The notes beneath the pieces are model-generated. The model was not told where the DNA came from and searched no databases. It saw only the letters and a list, made by a program, of their open reading frames with translations. DNA of 64,000 nt. Source: an uncultured delta proteobacterium (GTDB lineage: Bacteria; Myxococcota_A; Polyangia; Polyangiales; Polyangiaceae). The position numbers and the translations under genes were made by a program. The DNA lies in contig CAVQUB010000015.1 of NCBI GenBank assembly GCA_963716725.1, positions 480,001 through 544,000 on the forward strand, read 5' to 3'. This document shows, in pieces, positions 50,161-60,511 of the stretch. Numbering within the stretch: the stretch's first letter is position 1; the number at the start of each line of letters is the position of its first letter.

Positions 50161-51366
50161 TCAGTATCGCGCAGGCGACACGGTGGGGGTGAGCTCGGCG
50201 AGCGCCGCCCTGAGGAGCGGCTCGAGCCCGGGCTCGACGCCTCGAGCGCGCGCTTGCTCGACCGCGCGGCGAGCCTTCGCCGTGCGAAAGCCGAGCCGTA
50301 CCAGCGCGGACTGGATCTTCTCTGAGCTCTCGTCCCACTCGGGCGGCATATCCGGACCTGGCGTCTTCTCGGTCGCTTCAGCGATCTTCTTCCGGATCTG
50401 ATCTTCGCCGAAGACCTCTCGTGCGCGCAAAGCATTGTGCGATGAACACAGGAGAGAGAGGTTCTCCACGGTGGCCGGACCGCCGAGCGCGTGCGGCTCG
50501 ATGTGCTCGACGGTGACGAAGCGCCGCTCCGAGCAGCGCCGGCCCTCGCTGTCGAGGTAGGTGCACTGCCCGCCATCCCGCTTCCAGACGACGCGGGCGA
50601 CCTCCACGGGGACATGCCGCGAGCCTGGCTCGATCGCGCGTCGCTTGCGCGGCTTGCCCGCGCCGAAGCGGCGCTTCGTCTCGGCCTCGAGCAACGCCTC
50701 GATGGCGCGCTCGAACAGCGCGGCGAGATCCCCGCTGGGGATGGCGTGGCCCAGGAGGTTCTGGGCCTTCACGAGCTTGTCGTGGAGCGCGGCGCTGGCG
50801 GTGAATTCGACCCGGTAGCTGGACGCGGAGAGCGGCTGCACTCGGGGCTTCGGAGCCGGCGCGGGCGCGGGCTCCGTGCACGCGCCGGGCGCCGCGGTGG
50901 AAGGACCATGCTCGAGCATGATCGCTGGACAGCCGGGCAAGGGCGTCACGCTCGGCAGAACGTCCGACCGAGGAAATGAGCGGGCCAGCAAACACTCGAG
51001 GTCACGCCGAGACTTGCCCCGAGCTTCGGCGAGCAGGGCATCGGCGTTCTCCAAGGTCAGCCGCCCCGACAAAAGGAACAGGCCGGTCAGGTGGATTCGC
51101 CCGCTCCGGAGCTCGTCCAGGGCCTGGGGCAGGCGCTGGCAGAGCCGGGCCACGCCGACCCGCACCTGGGCCTCGTTCTCGGAGTAGCCGAGCCGCTCGG
51201 TGCAATACGAGGAGAGCGATGAGCACGCCGCCGCTGTGTACAAGCGGCGGCGGTCGAGCTCGCAGAGGTACGCGATGAGCTCGGCGGTGGCTTCGCGTTC
51301 GAGAGCCCGAAGGCTGGGCAAACGCGCGAGGAGAGCCTGGTTGTCGAGAGAGTCGAGCGCGAACAT
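50161..51366 (-). CDS. HNH endonuclease (DUF222-like N-terminus, RuvA-C-like tail)
   Basis: ELDRRRLY...SSLSSYCTERLGYSE; VWKRDGGQC...RRC...EHIEP..GG..TVENLSLLCSSHN; C-terminal SALVRLGF. Confidence 0.88.
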   Translation of the reverse strand: MFALDSLDNQALLARLPSLRALEREATAELIAYLCELDRRRLYTAAACSSLSSYCTERLGYSENEAQVRVGVARLCQRLPQALDELRSGRIHLTGLFLLSGRLTLENADALLAEARGKSRRDLECLLARSFPRSDVLPSVTPLPGCPAIMLEHGPSTAAPGACTEPAPAPAPKPRVQPLSASSYRVEFTASAALHDKLVKAQNLLGHAIPSGDLAALFERAIEALLEAETKRRFGAGKPRKRRAIEPGSRHVPVEVARVVWKRDGGQCTYLDSEGRRCSERRFVTVEHIEPHALGGPATVENLSLLCSSHNALRAREVFGEDQIRKKIAEATEKTPGPDMPPEWDESSEKIQSALVRLGFRTAKARRAVEQARARGVEPGLEPLLRAALAELTPTVSPARY

Positions 51367-52003
51367 GTCTCCGGCGTACCACGAGGATTTTCGGCCTCGC
51401 CGCGGCCACCGAGAGCAACGAACGCGCAGCTCGACGCGTCGAAAGTCATCCGGGAGCCAGAGCGCCGTCGTGGATCGTCCTCGCGCTCGCACGCGGCAAG
51501 TTTCGCACGACGCGTCATCCCCGCACGTCGTGCGTTCAGAAACCTGTCCACCGAAATCGTACGAGAAGCGTTCTTTTTCGATTCGCAGCCGGCTGAAGCG
51601 TGCGCCAGAACCACGGTGCTTGCACACCCCCCACACAAAGGGGGTACTTCCCAGGGTCGTGCACGGATTGCCGTCGGTGGGCTTGGCAGCGGCAGCGTCG
51701 TGGGTGTGGCGGCGCGCACGTGAAGCGAAGGTCTCCGGCTCCTGCCTGCGCTCGTCCACATCACGCGCATGCGCGGCTTCCTCGATGCGTGCGGGACGAT
51801 TGCCGTCGCCGCAGTCGTAAGTGATCGTGAACGCTTCGCTTCTTGCGCCCGTCCAGCCCGACTACCGAGCAAGACTGGCTTCAGACGCCCACGAACATGT
51901 CAGGAGAGCCTCATTTTTCGACAGATCTTCAGAGACAGAAGATCCCTGCGCCCTCTGCGTGCGCTGCGCCTCTTCGTGGCGTGGGAGGCGCGCGGCAGGC
52001 CGG

Positions 52004-52642
52004 TCAGACAGAGTTGTCGGCGGCGCGGGCGGCGGCTTGTCGCTCGAGGAACTGGGCGATGACCGGCACCGCGTCGAATCGTTCGAGGAAGCGCCCCAGC
52101 GCCGGGCGGTCGCTGAGTTGGGCTTTCGACGCGTCGTTCCGACGCACGCACCACGAAACGGATTCACGCACGATGGCGTCTGCGAAACAGGGGCTGTCGC
52201 CAGCGGCGAAGCTGCGGGTCGCGTAGACGTCGTCGATGGCGCCGAAGTACTGCGGCATCCGCCGCTCCTCGAACTTCTTCTTGGCCGCGACGTCGTCGGC
52301 GCTGAAACCCCCGAAGGCTTGGTACAGATCGTAGCCGCCCATGGCGACCGAGAGCGCGCGGGTCAGCGTAGACGGATCGGAAGGCCAGGCCGAGGTGCCG
52401 TGCGCCGCGTGATGCATGATGGCGAGGGTCTGGTAGATGATCTCGCCGCTCGGCGTCTCGACGAAGGGGAACTGCTTGAAGGGGTTCTTGCCTTCCACCG
52501 CGGCGCGGGCTTCGGCCATCGGAGCGAACACATCGACGTAGGGCGCCTCCGCCAGCACGTAGACCATGCGCACCATCTCGGCGCGTCCGCCGTGGGCGTT
52601 GGGGATCCGGATGTAGTGCAGCTTGTCGGGGGCGCGGGACAT
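52004..52642 (-). CDS. Glutathione S-transferase-like protein
   Basis: GRAEMVRM, NPFKQFPFVE, YQTLAIM, AGDSPCFAD. Confidence 0.8.
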   Translation of the reverse strand: MSRAPDKLHYIRIPNAHGGRAEMVRMVYVLAEAPYVDVFAPMAEARAAVEGKNPFKQFPFVETPSGEIIYQTLAIMHHAAHGTSAWPSDPSTLTRALSVAMGGYDLYQAFGGFSADDVAAKKKFEERRMPQYFGAIDDVYATRSFAAGDSPCFADAIVRESVSWCVRRNDASKAQLSDRPALGRFLERFDAVPVIAQFLERQAAARAADNSV

Positions 52643-52788
52643 GCGGAGAGCCTGCCGTTTCGGGAGGCGAGTACAAGCCCCATTTCCCACGAATCGAACC
52701 CTCGCTTGTCCGGGACAAAGCCGGGTGTGGGGTTGTGCCTGCTCCCGATTTCCGACCGGCGATGTCCATCGTCGGATACTAGAGGCCT

Positions 52789-53913
52789 ATGCGATCATCC
52801 TTGGCTTGGCTTGGCTGCGTGCTGCTTGCTGCCTGCTCGTCCAGCTCGACCAACCCGTCGGCGGCGGGCGGCGGAGGCGCCGCGGGCGCGGGCGGCGGCG
52901 GAGGCGCCGCGGGCGCGGGCGGAGGCGGAGGCGCCGCGGGAGCGGGCGGCTCTGCCACTGGTGGCGCTGCGGGACTGGGCGGCACGGGCACTGGCGGAGG
53001 CGGAGGCAGCGGCGGTGTCAGCGCGACGCCTTGCAAGAAGAGCTCGGCGGCGCCGGCTCTGTACGATTGCGCGCCGGCAAAAGCGCAAAACCCCGCCGTC
53101 GACGAAACGAACGTCTACTTCGTCGTGAGGTCGGGATCGGGTCAGAGCGTATTGCACCGCGCCCCCAAAGACGGCAGCGCGGCAGAAAGCACTCCGTGGG
53201 CAACGCTGACCTCTGCGCTCGTCGGGGACGTCCTGATCGACGCTGACAACGACGCGATCTACGTCGGTACCAACGACCCGGCCCGAGCGCTCCTCCGCTA
53301 CGACCGAAACACCGGCGCTGAGCAGGCGCTGGTCACCGCGCTCGACTGCGCCCAACACTATCAATGGGGCGCCCTCGCGCAGAACGCGACGTCGGTCTTC
53401 TTCACCTGCAGCACCACTCACAGCATCCTCGCTCTGCCGAAGACCGGGTCGGCGGGTACTGTGGTCGCTAAGTTTCCTGCTCCGGTCGACATCTCGGGCC
53501 TCGCAGCCGGGCCAAGTAAGGTCTACGTGGCAAAGGGCGACTTCGCCTGGGCTTGGGGCGATAGTTCCGGCGACATCAGCTATGGCCCGGGCTGGATGCG
53601 CGTGGCTCGGGGCGGCGGATACGTCTACGCCTTGAAGGCGACCGAGATCATCAGCTACGTCGATGGAGGCTCATCGAGCTCGTTCGTGGCTGGGCTCTCG
53701 GGCGCGACGGATCTCGAGGCTGACGCCACCGGCATCGCGGTGATCGGCGAAGGAACCGGTGCCAACGACGGTTGGGTCCTCGGACGGGACCACGCCGGCG
53801 CAACGACGAAGACCTACGCCGGGGGCGCCAGCCCGAGTGGAGTCGCGCTCGACGCAGCGTCCGTATTCTGGACGGACGCGAAGGCCGGCACTGTGAACAG
53901 GCTGGCTCGCTGA
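52789..53913 (+). CDS. Lipoprotein with Gly-rich linker and beta-propeller-like domain
   Basis: Lipobox LAAC; repeated AVDETNVYF / ALDAASVFWT blades. Confidence 0.75.
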   Translation: MRSSLAWLGCVLLAACSSSSTNPSAAGGGGAAGAGGGGGAAGAGGGGGAAGAGGSATGGAAGLGGTGTGGGGGSGGVSATPCKKSSAAPALYDCAPAKAQNPAVDETNVYFVVRSGSGQSVLHRAPKDGSAAESTPWATLTSALVGDVLIDADNDAIYVGTNDPARALLRYDRNTGAEQALVTALDCAQHYQWGALAQNATSVFFTCSTTHSILALPKTGSAGTVVAKFPAPVDISGLAAGPSKVYVAKGDFAWAWGDSSGDISYGPGWMRVARGGGYVYALKATEIISYVDGGSSSSFVAGLSGATDLEADATGIAVIGEGTGANDGWVLGRDHAGATTKTYAGGASPSGVALDAASVFWTDAKAGTVNRLAR

Positions 53914-53944
53914 GCGCGTTCAGGCAGGCGCAGCTGGGATCCCG

Positions 53945-54965
53945 TCAGGGCTGCCGGATCTTCTCGCTCATGCCTTGAAGCACCAGTTTCGGGCCGGGAC
54001 CGTCGAAGCCCTCGAGTGAAAACAACAGCCCGCGGCCCTGCTCGAGCTGCGCCAGGACTGAGCCGGGACCCTCGATCAGAATCCTCGTGCGCCGAGGGGA
54101 TGCCGACCTTTTGCATCACCTTGCCATCGCTGCGCCGCACGACAAACAGGAAATCCGGCTCCGCAGTGAAGCCGTAGCCCGTCACGATGTACTTGTCGTA
54201 AATCTTGAAGCGGTTGTTGGAAACCAGGGGCGACGTGCGCCAGAGCACCTTGCGGGCGTAGGGATCGAAGGCGACCAAGGACGAGCACTTGCCCTTGGCC
54301 TGATTCGAATAGCTCTGGCACGCCTCGTTGAAATAGACGACGTCCCGCGAGAAGCGCACGTCTTGGATCTCGAGGTGGTTCTTGCTCGACAAGAACGGCG
54401 TGATCGCGATGCGGAACGAGGTCTTGCCCGAGCAGTCGAAGGCAGCAACCTCGCTCTCGCAGTTCTTGGAGCCGCCCAGCGTGCAGCTCGATGCATCGTA
54501 AGGATCGCGGTACAGCGCGAAGTATCCGCCCGGCGCGGGGTCGAGCACGAACAGCTCCTTGGTGCCGCTCGCCAGCGGCACGAACGCGGGCACCGGGGGC
54601 CCGACCCAGACCCGCGTCGATTTGGCGCCGAGGGCGCCGTCGGTGTGACTGCGGAGTCGCCCGGTGAACTCGTAGCGGCGCCGGGCGGGCACCGACGGAA
54701 CGGTGAGCCCGCCCGCGCTACGAGCCTCCGGCAACCCGTTCGGAAAACCGCAGGCTGGCGGGCCCGCGATCTCCGGCGCGGTGGTTGCGGGAGGGGCATC
54801 GCTCTCGGGCGGCGAGGTCGGCTGGACGATGGTCAGCGGCGGTTCGTTCGGATCGGCCTCGACCACCGGGATCGGCTCCGGCTCCGGCGGCTGGGGAGGC
54901 GGCGCGGCTGGGCGAGCGCAGCCGCCGACGAATCCGAGTACGAGGCCGAGGCGCGGAGCGTGCAT
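53945..54965 (-). CDS. Hypothetical lipoprotein, probable frameshift near 54080
   Basis: MHAPRLGLVLGFVGGC; Pro-rich linker; VYFNEACQSY, VLWRTSPLVSN. An alternative frame after SAHED continues LIEGPGSVLAQ...IRQP* to 53945 and avoids overlap with the convergent gene. Confidence 0.65.
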
Positions 54966-55099
54966 GGTTTTCGCAGCATGACACCGCTGATTCCGGTCGT
55001 CATTGACCCGCCCCACGCCCTTCCCTATGTTCCGCGCCGATTTCCGGGCGAGCGAGCACGCTGGTGCCCGAGGCTGCCGAACTCAGGGGATTAACGACG

Positions 55100-56865
<1,766 letters not shown>

Positions 56866-56886
56866 GGCGGCGCGCGGCAAGCTCGC

Positions 56887-57984
56887 ATGATGGTCGCTCG
56901 CTGTCTGCTCGCCGCGGCGCTGGTGCCCGGACTCGGCTGCGCGACCCCGCCGCCGCGGACGCCCGCGATCGCATCTGAGTCGCCCCCCGCGGCCCCGAAG
57001 TGCGAGGCCATCGACCTCGCCCGGGGCGCCGCGGCCTTCGAACGTGCCCAGGCCTTTCTGGAGCATCTGCGGCATGAGGAGCACCCGAGGACCGAGGTCT
57101 TCGAGGGCGGCGTTCGAGATTTGGAAGAGGCCGCTCAGCACGGGAGCCTCGAAGGACAGCATCGCTTCGGCAGCGTGGTGTTCGGCTTTTCCTTCACCGA
57201 TCACGCGCCCGAGGCCGCCGACGAGAACGACTACGTCCGGGCCTTCACCTTCATGCGCATCGCCGCGCTTCGGGGCCACGCCCGCGTGCTCGCGTCCTTT
57301 CCGGGTCTCGACGCCAAGAGCCTCGCCGGCCTGCGCTTCGAAGAACCGCTCGACACCCTGCCTCGCCCCTGGCTCGCCAAGGCCTTCGAGCGAGCGGATG
57401 CCTGGATGGCCTGCGCTCCCCCGGCCGCGAAGAGCCGCTACGTCGCGCCACCGCCGGAGCCCGAGAAGCCCAAGCTGGTCGCCAGCGACAGCGGCTGGAC
57501 GCGCGCCGGCGATCTGGAAGGTCCGCTGCTCCGGGTGCTCGGGGCCCACGACGTTGGCAACGCGCTCACGCCGCCGCTCGCGACGCGTTTGCTCGGGGCG
57601 CTGCCGGCGCTGCACGTCTGCTACGCTGAGTGGCTGCGGCGCGAAGCGCAGGCCACCGCTCGGCTCACCGCCGTGCTCAAGCTGCCTGCGGGCAGCGTCG
57701 AGATCGAAGGGGCGTCGGACGACTCCCTGAAGAAGTGCGCGCGCCAAGCCTTTGCTGCGCTGAAGTTGCCCACCGACGCCGAGCGCGGCGCACGCCTCGA
57801 AGTCGGGCTCTACCCCCGAGCGCTCTCGGCGCCGGAGTTGCGGGAAGCGAGCGACGACGGGGCGGTCGACCGCTGGGAAGCCGACGGCAGCTGTTGGATG
57901 ATCGTCGTCCACCCCTGCGCGCCCAACAAGATGTGCATGGCGCCGACGCGCGTGCGCGTGCGCTGCAAGCCGCCGACGGACTGA
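56887..57984 (+). CDS. Hypothetical lipoprotein
   Basis: Lipobox GLGC; SEL1-like helical segment; C-terminal Cys-containing region. Confidence 0.65.
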   Translation: MMVARCLLAAALVPGLGCATPPPRTPAIASESPPAAPKCEAIDLARGAAAFERAQAFLEHLRHEEHPRTEVFEGGVRDLEEAAQHGSLEGQHRFGSVVFGFSFTDHAPEAADENDYVRAFTFMRIAALRGHARVLASFPGLDAKSLAGLRFEEPLDTLPRPWLAKAFERADAWMACAPPAAKSRYVAPPPEPEKPKLVASDSGWTRAGDLEGPLLRVLGAHDVGNALTPPLATRLLGALPALHVCYAEWLRREAQATARLTAVLKLPAGSVEIEGASDDSLKKCARQAFAALKLPTDAERGARLEVGLYPRALSAPELREASDDGAVDRWEADGSCWMIVVHPCAPNKMCMAPTRVRVRCKPPTD

Positions 57985-58053
57985 AGCGCGGGCGGCACTT
58001 GACCGACTCCCGCGTTCGTGACACTGAGTAGCGGAGTCGAGAGGTCATCTGAC

Positions 58054-58152
58054 ATGAACCGCCACCCGCGTCACAAGATGCTGTCCGCCACGTCCTTCAC
58101 GGACGACTGCGTTCAGATCACTGCCGCGGCAGGAGGCGTGTTGACGATTTAG
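58054..58152 (+). CDS. Putative 32-aa leader peptide (MNRHPRHKMLSATSFTDDCVQITAAAGGVLTI)
   Basis: SD-like GAGAGG upstream of ATG 58054; its 3' end overlaps the predicted antiterminator. Confidence 0.6.
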   Translation: MNRHPRHKMLSATSFTDDCVQITAAAGGVLTI

Positions 58153-58182
58153 ACCGTCAAAACCCCTGTTTTCCTGCCGCGG
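58124..58182 (+). promoter_or_regulatory. Predicted antiterminator hairpin
   Basis: CCGCGGCAGGA (58124-58134) pairs with TCCTGCCGCGG (58172-58182), and TTGACG (58141-58146) with CGTCAA (58155-58160). It overlaps the 5' arm of the terminator. Confidence 0.7.
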
Positions 58183-58212
58183 GCACCGAAAGGTCCCCGC
58201 GGTTTTTTTTTT
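58177..58212 (+). terminator. Intrinsic terminator in the MATE 5' leader
   Basis: CCGCGGG-C-ACC-GAAA-GGT-C-CCCGCGG followed by a run of 10 T, ending 26 nt before the MATE ATG. Confidence 0.88.
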
Positions 58213-58238
58213 GCTTCGAACTTGGAAAGAGCTTGGTC

Positions 58239-59633
58239 ATGAACTCGGAATCGCAACGCGAAAAGCTTCGTTGGAAACACAAACCCATCCCCGAGCTGGT
58301 CCGCCTGGCGTGGCCCATCGCGGTCTCGATGCTGTCGTACAGCGTCATGACCCTGGTGAGCACGCTCTTCGTCGGCCGGCTCGGGGCGAACGCACTGGCT
58401 GGTGTGGGGCTCGGTGGCGTCGCTGCCTTTGGCCTGATCGTCTTCGGCTTCGGCTTGCTGCGTTCGGTGAAGGTCGTGGTCAGCCAGGCCACGGGTGCGG
58501 GGCGGCGCGGGGACCTCGCCGTCTATGTCGCCGCAGCGGTCGGGCTCGCGGTCGTGCTCGGCGTGGCGGGCATCGCCGCGGGCCGCTGGCTTGCGGGCGT
58601 TTTGCCCAGGTTTTCAGCCAACTCGGAGGCGGGCGCCCTCGCCGCCGAGTACCTGTGGTGGCGCAACCTGGGCGCGCCCTTCGTGCTCGTAGCAGTGGCG
58701 CTCCGAGAGGCGCGCTACGGCCTCGGCGAGTCGCGCTCGCCACTGGTGTCCGCCTTGGCCGCGAACCTGACGAACATCGCGCTCGATGTGGTGTTCATCG
58801 TCGTGCTCGGCCTGGGAGTGCGCGGCGCGGGCGCGGCCACGGCTCTGAGCCATGTGGTCGAGGCAGCGTTCCTGGTGAGGGCTTCGCGGGACCCCGGGTT
58901 CGCCTGGGCGCGGGTGAAGATCCGTCACGTCGTCGCGCTCTTGCGCCTTGGCGTGCCCTTGGGGCTGCAGTTCTTGCTCGAGGTCGGCGCCTTCGCGGTC
59001 CTGGTAGTGGTGCTCGCCGGCATCAGCCCCGTGGATCTCGCGGCGCACCAGATCGTGCTCCAGCTGACTCACCTCTCGTTCTTGCCGGCGCTCGCCGTCG
59101 GTGAGGCCGCCAGCGTGATGATCGGCCAGGCGGTCGGAGCGGGGCAAGATGGCCAGGTCCCGCGCGTCGCGCGGCGCGCCCTCGGGCTCGCGACCGCGTA
59201 TACGGGAGCGTGTGCCCTCGCCTTCGTCGTGTTCGCGGAGGTCCTGGCCGGCGCCTTCACCGGAGATCGCGCCGTGCGCGAGATGGCCGTCAAATTGCTC
59301 TGGGTAGCGGCGGCCTTCCAGATCTTCGACGGGGCCAACGCCATCGCGCGCTGCGCGCTGCGCGGTACCGGTGACGTGCGCATTCCCGCGGTGGTCGCCG
59401 TGCTCACGGCGTGGGTCGCCACGCCACCCCTCGCGTGGTGGCTCGGCGTGAAGCTCGGCCTCGGCGCTCTTGGCGGATGGTTGGGCCTGAGTGCCGAGAT
59501 CGTCGCCAGCGCGCTGCTCTTCTGGTGGCGCTTGGAGCGCGGGAGCTGGCGCCGGGCGGCGGAAGCGTCGCGTCAGCGCTTGGCGTCGGAGCCGGAGGCC
59601 GAGGAGCTGGTTCCCGCTCCAGCTACCTCGTAG
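58239..59633 (+). CDS. MATE-family efflux transporter
   Basis: LVRLAWPI, FVGRLG..ALA, VSQATGAG, LGVRGAGAAT, IGQAVGAG, ALRGTGD; about 12 hydrophobic segments. Confidence 0.93.
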   Translation: MNSESQREKLRWKHKPIPELVRLAWPIAVSMLSYSVMTLVSTLFVGRLGANALAGVGLGGVAAFGLIVFGFGLLRSVKVVVSQATGAGRRGDLAVYVAAAVGLAVVLGVAGIAAGRWLAGVLPRFSANSEAGALAAEYLWWRNLGAPFVLVAVALREARYGLGESRSPLVSALAANLTNIALDVVFIVVLGLGVRGAGAATALSHVVEAAFLVRASRDPGFAWARVKIRHVVALLRLGVPLGLQFLLEVGAFAVLVVVLAGISPVDLAAHQIVLQLTHLSFLPALAVGEAASVMIGQAVGAGQDGQVPRVARRALGLATAYTGACALAFVVFAEVLAGAFTGDRAVREMAVKLLWVAAAFQIFDGANAIARCALRGTGDVRIPAVVAVLTAWVATPPLAWWLGVKLGLGALGGWLGLSAEIVASALLFWWRLERGSWRRAAEASRQRLASEPEAEELVPAPATS

Positions 59634-60116
59634 TCAGGAGCCACCGACGCTGACGGGCGCTTCGAAGATCAGCGGCGCACCTTGCTGGGACTTTGCTTTC
59701 ACCGAGAGCGTTCCAGCGAGGTCGCCGCCGCCGTCGATGAAGACGGTGATCTCTCGCGGGCGAATCCACTGGGCTTCGCAGCCCTCGAACTCCTCGTGTC
59801 CCGAGGCGAGCACGCTGGCGTCGTTGGCGGTCAGAGCCGCTTCGATCGCCCACAAGCTCGAGTCGCCGGAGTAGACGCGGGCGTACACGTAAAAATGCGA
59901 CCCGCCCTGGGTGCCGTACTGCCGATGGAGCGCGTCGTTGGCGACGAGTGGCACGTAGTCGCCGGTCGACGCGATGCGCAGGACCTCGAGCGCGGGCGCC
60001 GCGGAGGGTGCGGCCAGATCGGGATCGCAGGTCACGGGCTGGTCCTCGGGCTCGACGTGCCGCGGCCCACAGGCGAGTGCGCCGAACAGGAGCGACGGGA
60101 GCAGGGTTCGCAGCAT
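59634..60116 (-). CDS. Hypothetical lipoprotein
   Basis: MLRTLLPSLLFGALAC lipobox; YGTQGGSHF motif. Confidence 0.65.
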   Translation of the reverse strand: MLRTLLPSLLFGALACGPRHVEPEDQPVTCDPDLAAPSAAPALEVLRIASTGDYVPLVANDALHRQYGTQGGSHFYVYARVYSGDSSLWAIEAALTANDASVLASGHEEFEGCEAQWIRPREITVFIDGGGDLAGTLSVKAKSQQGAPLIFEAPVSVGGS

Positions 60117-60145
60117 CTTCCAGCGGAATCTAGCACGCATGCGGC

Positions 60146-60510
60146 TCACGAACGACCCAGGCCCGTGAGGGCGAGGGCGGTACAGATCACCAGGACGACG
60201 TGCTCGATCAGCCCCGACGGCAGTCGTTCGGACAGGTGGCGTAGGCGCCTCCCGAGCGTGTTGCCCACCGTGACCGCCAAGGCGAGTAGCGCAGCCCACA
60301 GCCAGAGCTCCCGGGTCAGCAGCCCGCCCGCGCCGTAGCCTGCGATGCGCCCCAAATGCATGGCGACCCCAGAAGCCGCGATGGTCCCGGAAAAAGCCTC
60401 ACCCACCAGGCCCGCGGAGAGGAAGAGCGGAGCGGTGAGCACGGCGGCGCCGCCAGCGCAGCCCGTCAGGCCGCCGATCACGAAACCCGCGGGCGAGAGC
60501 CGACGAACGA
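60146..60510 (-). pseudogene. C-terminal fragment of a TauE/SafE (TSUP)-like membrane protein
   Basis: GFVIGGLTGCAGGAAVLTAPLF...MHLGRIAGYG...GNTLGRRL; begins right after the upstream stop with no N-terminal half. Confidence 0.6.
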
Positions 60511-60511
60511 C

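Larger units (their letters stand above)
49160..51984. mobile_element. 2.8-kb element bounded by ~70-bp imperfect inverted repeats
   Basis: 49160-49232 aligns with the reverse complement of 51913-51984, including an exact AAGATCTGTCGAA (49216-49228 / 51917-51929). It lies between two convergent genes and contains transposase and HNH genes. Confidence 0.7.

Noticed and set aside
58177..58212. Hairpin as a simple terminator of the upstream lipoprotein gene
   Set aside because: It lies about 190 nt past that stop, after a separate SD-led uORF and overlapping an alternative stem, so an attenuator fits better, though a plain terminator is not fully excluded.
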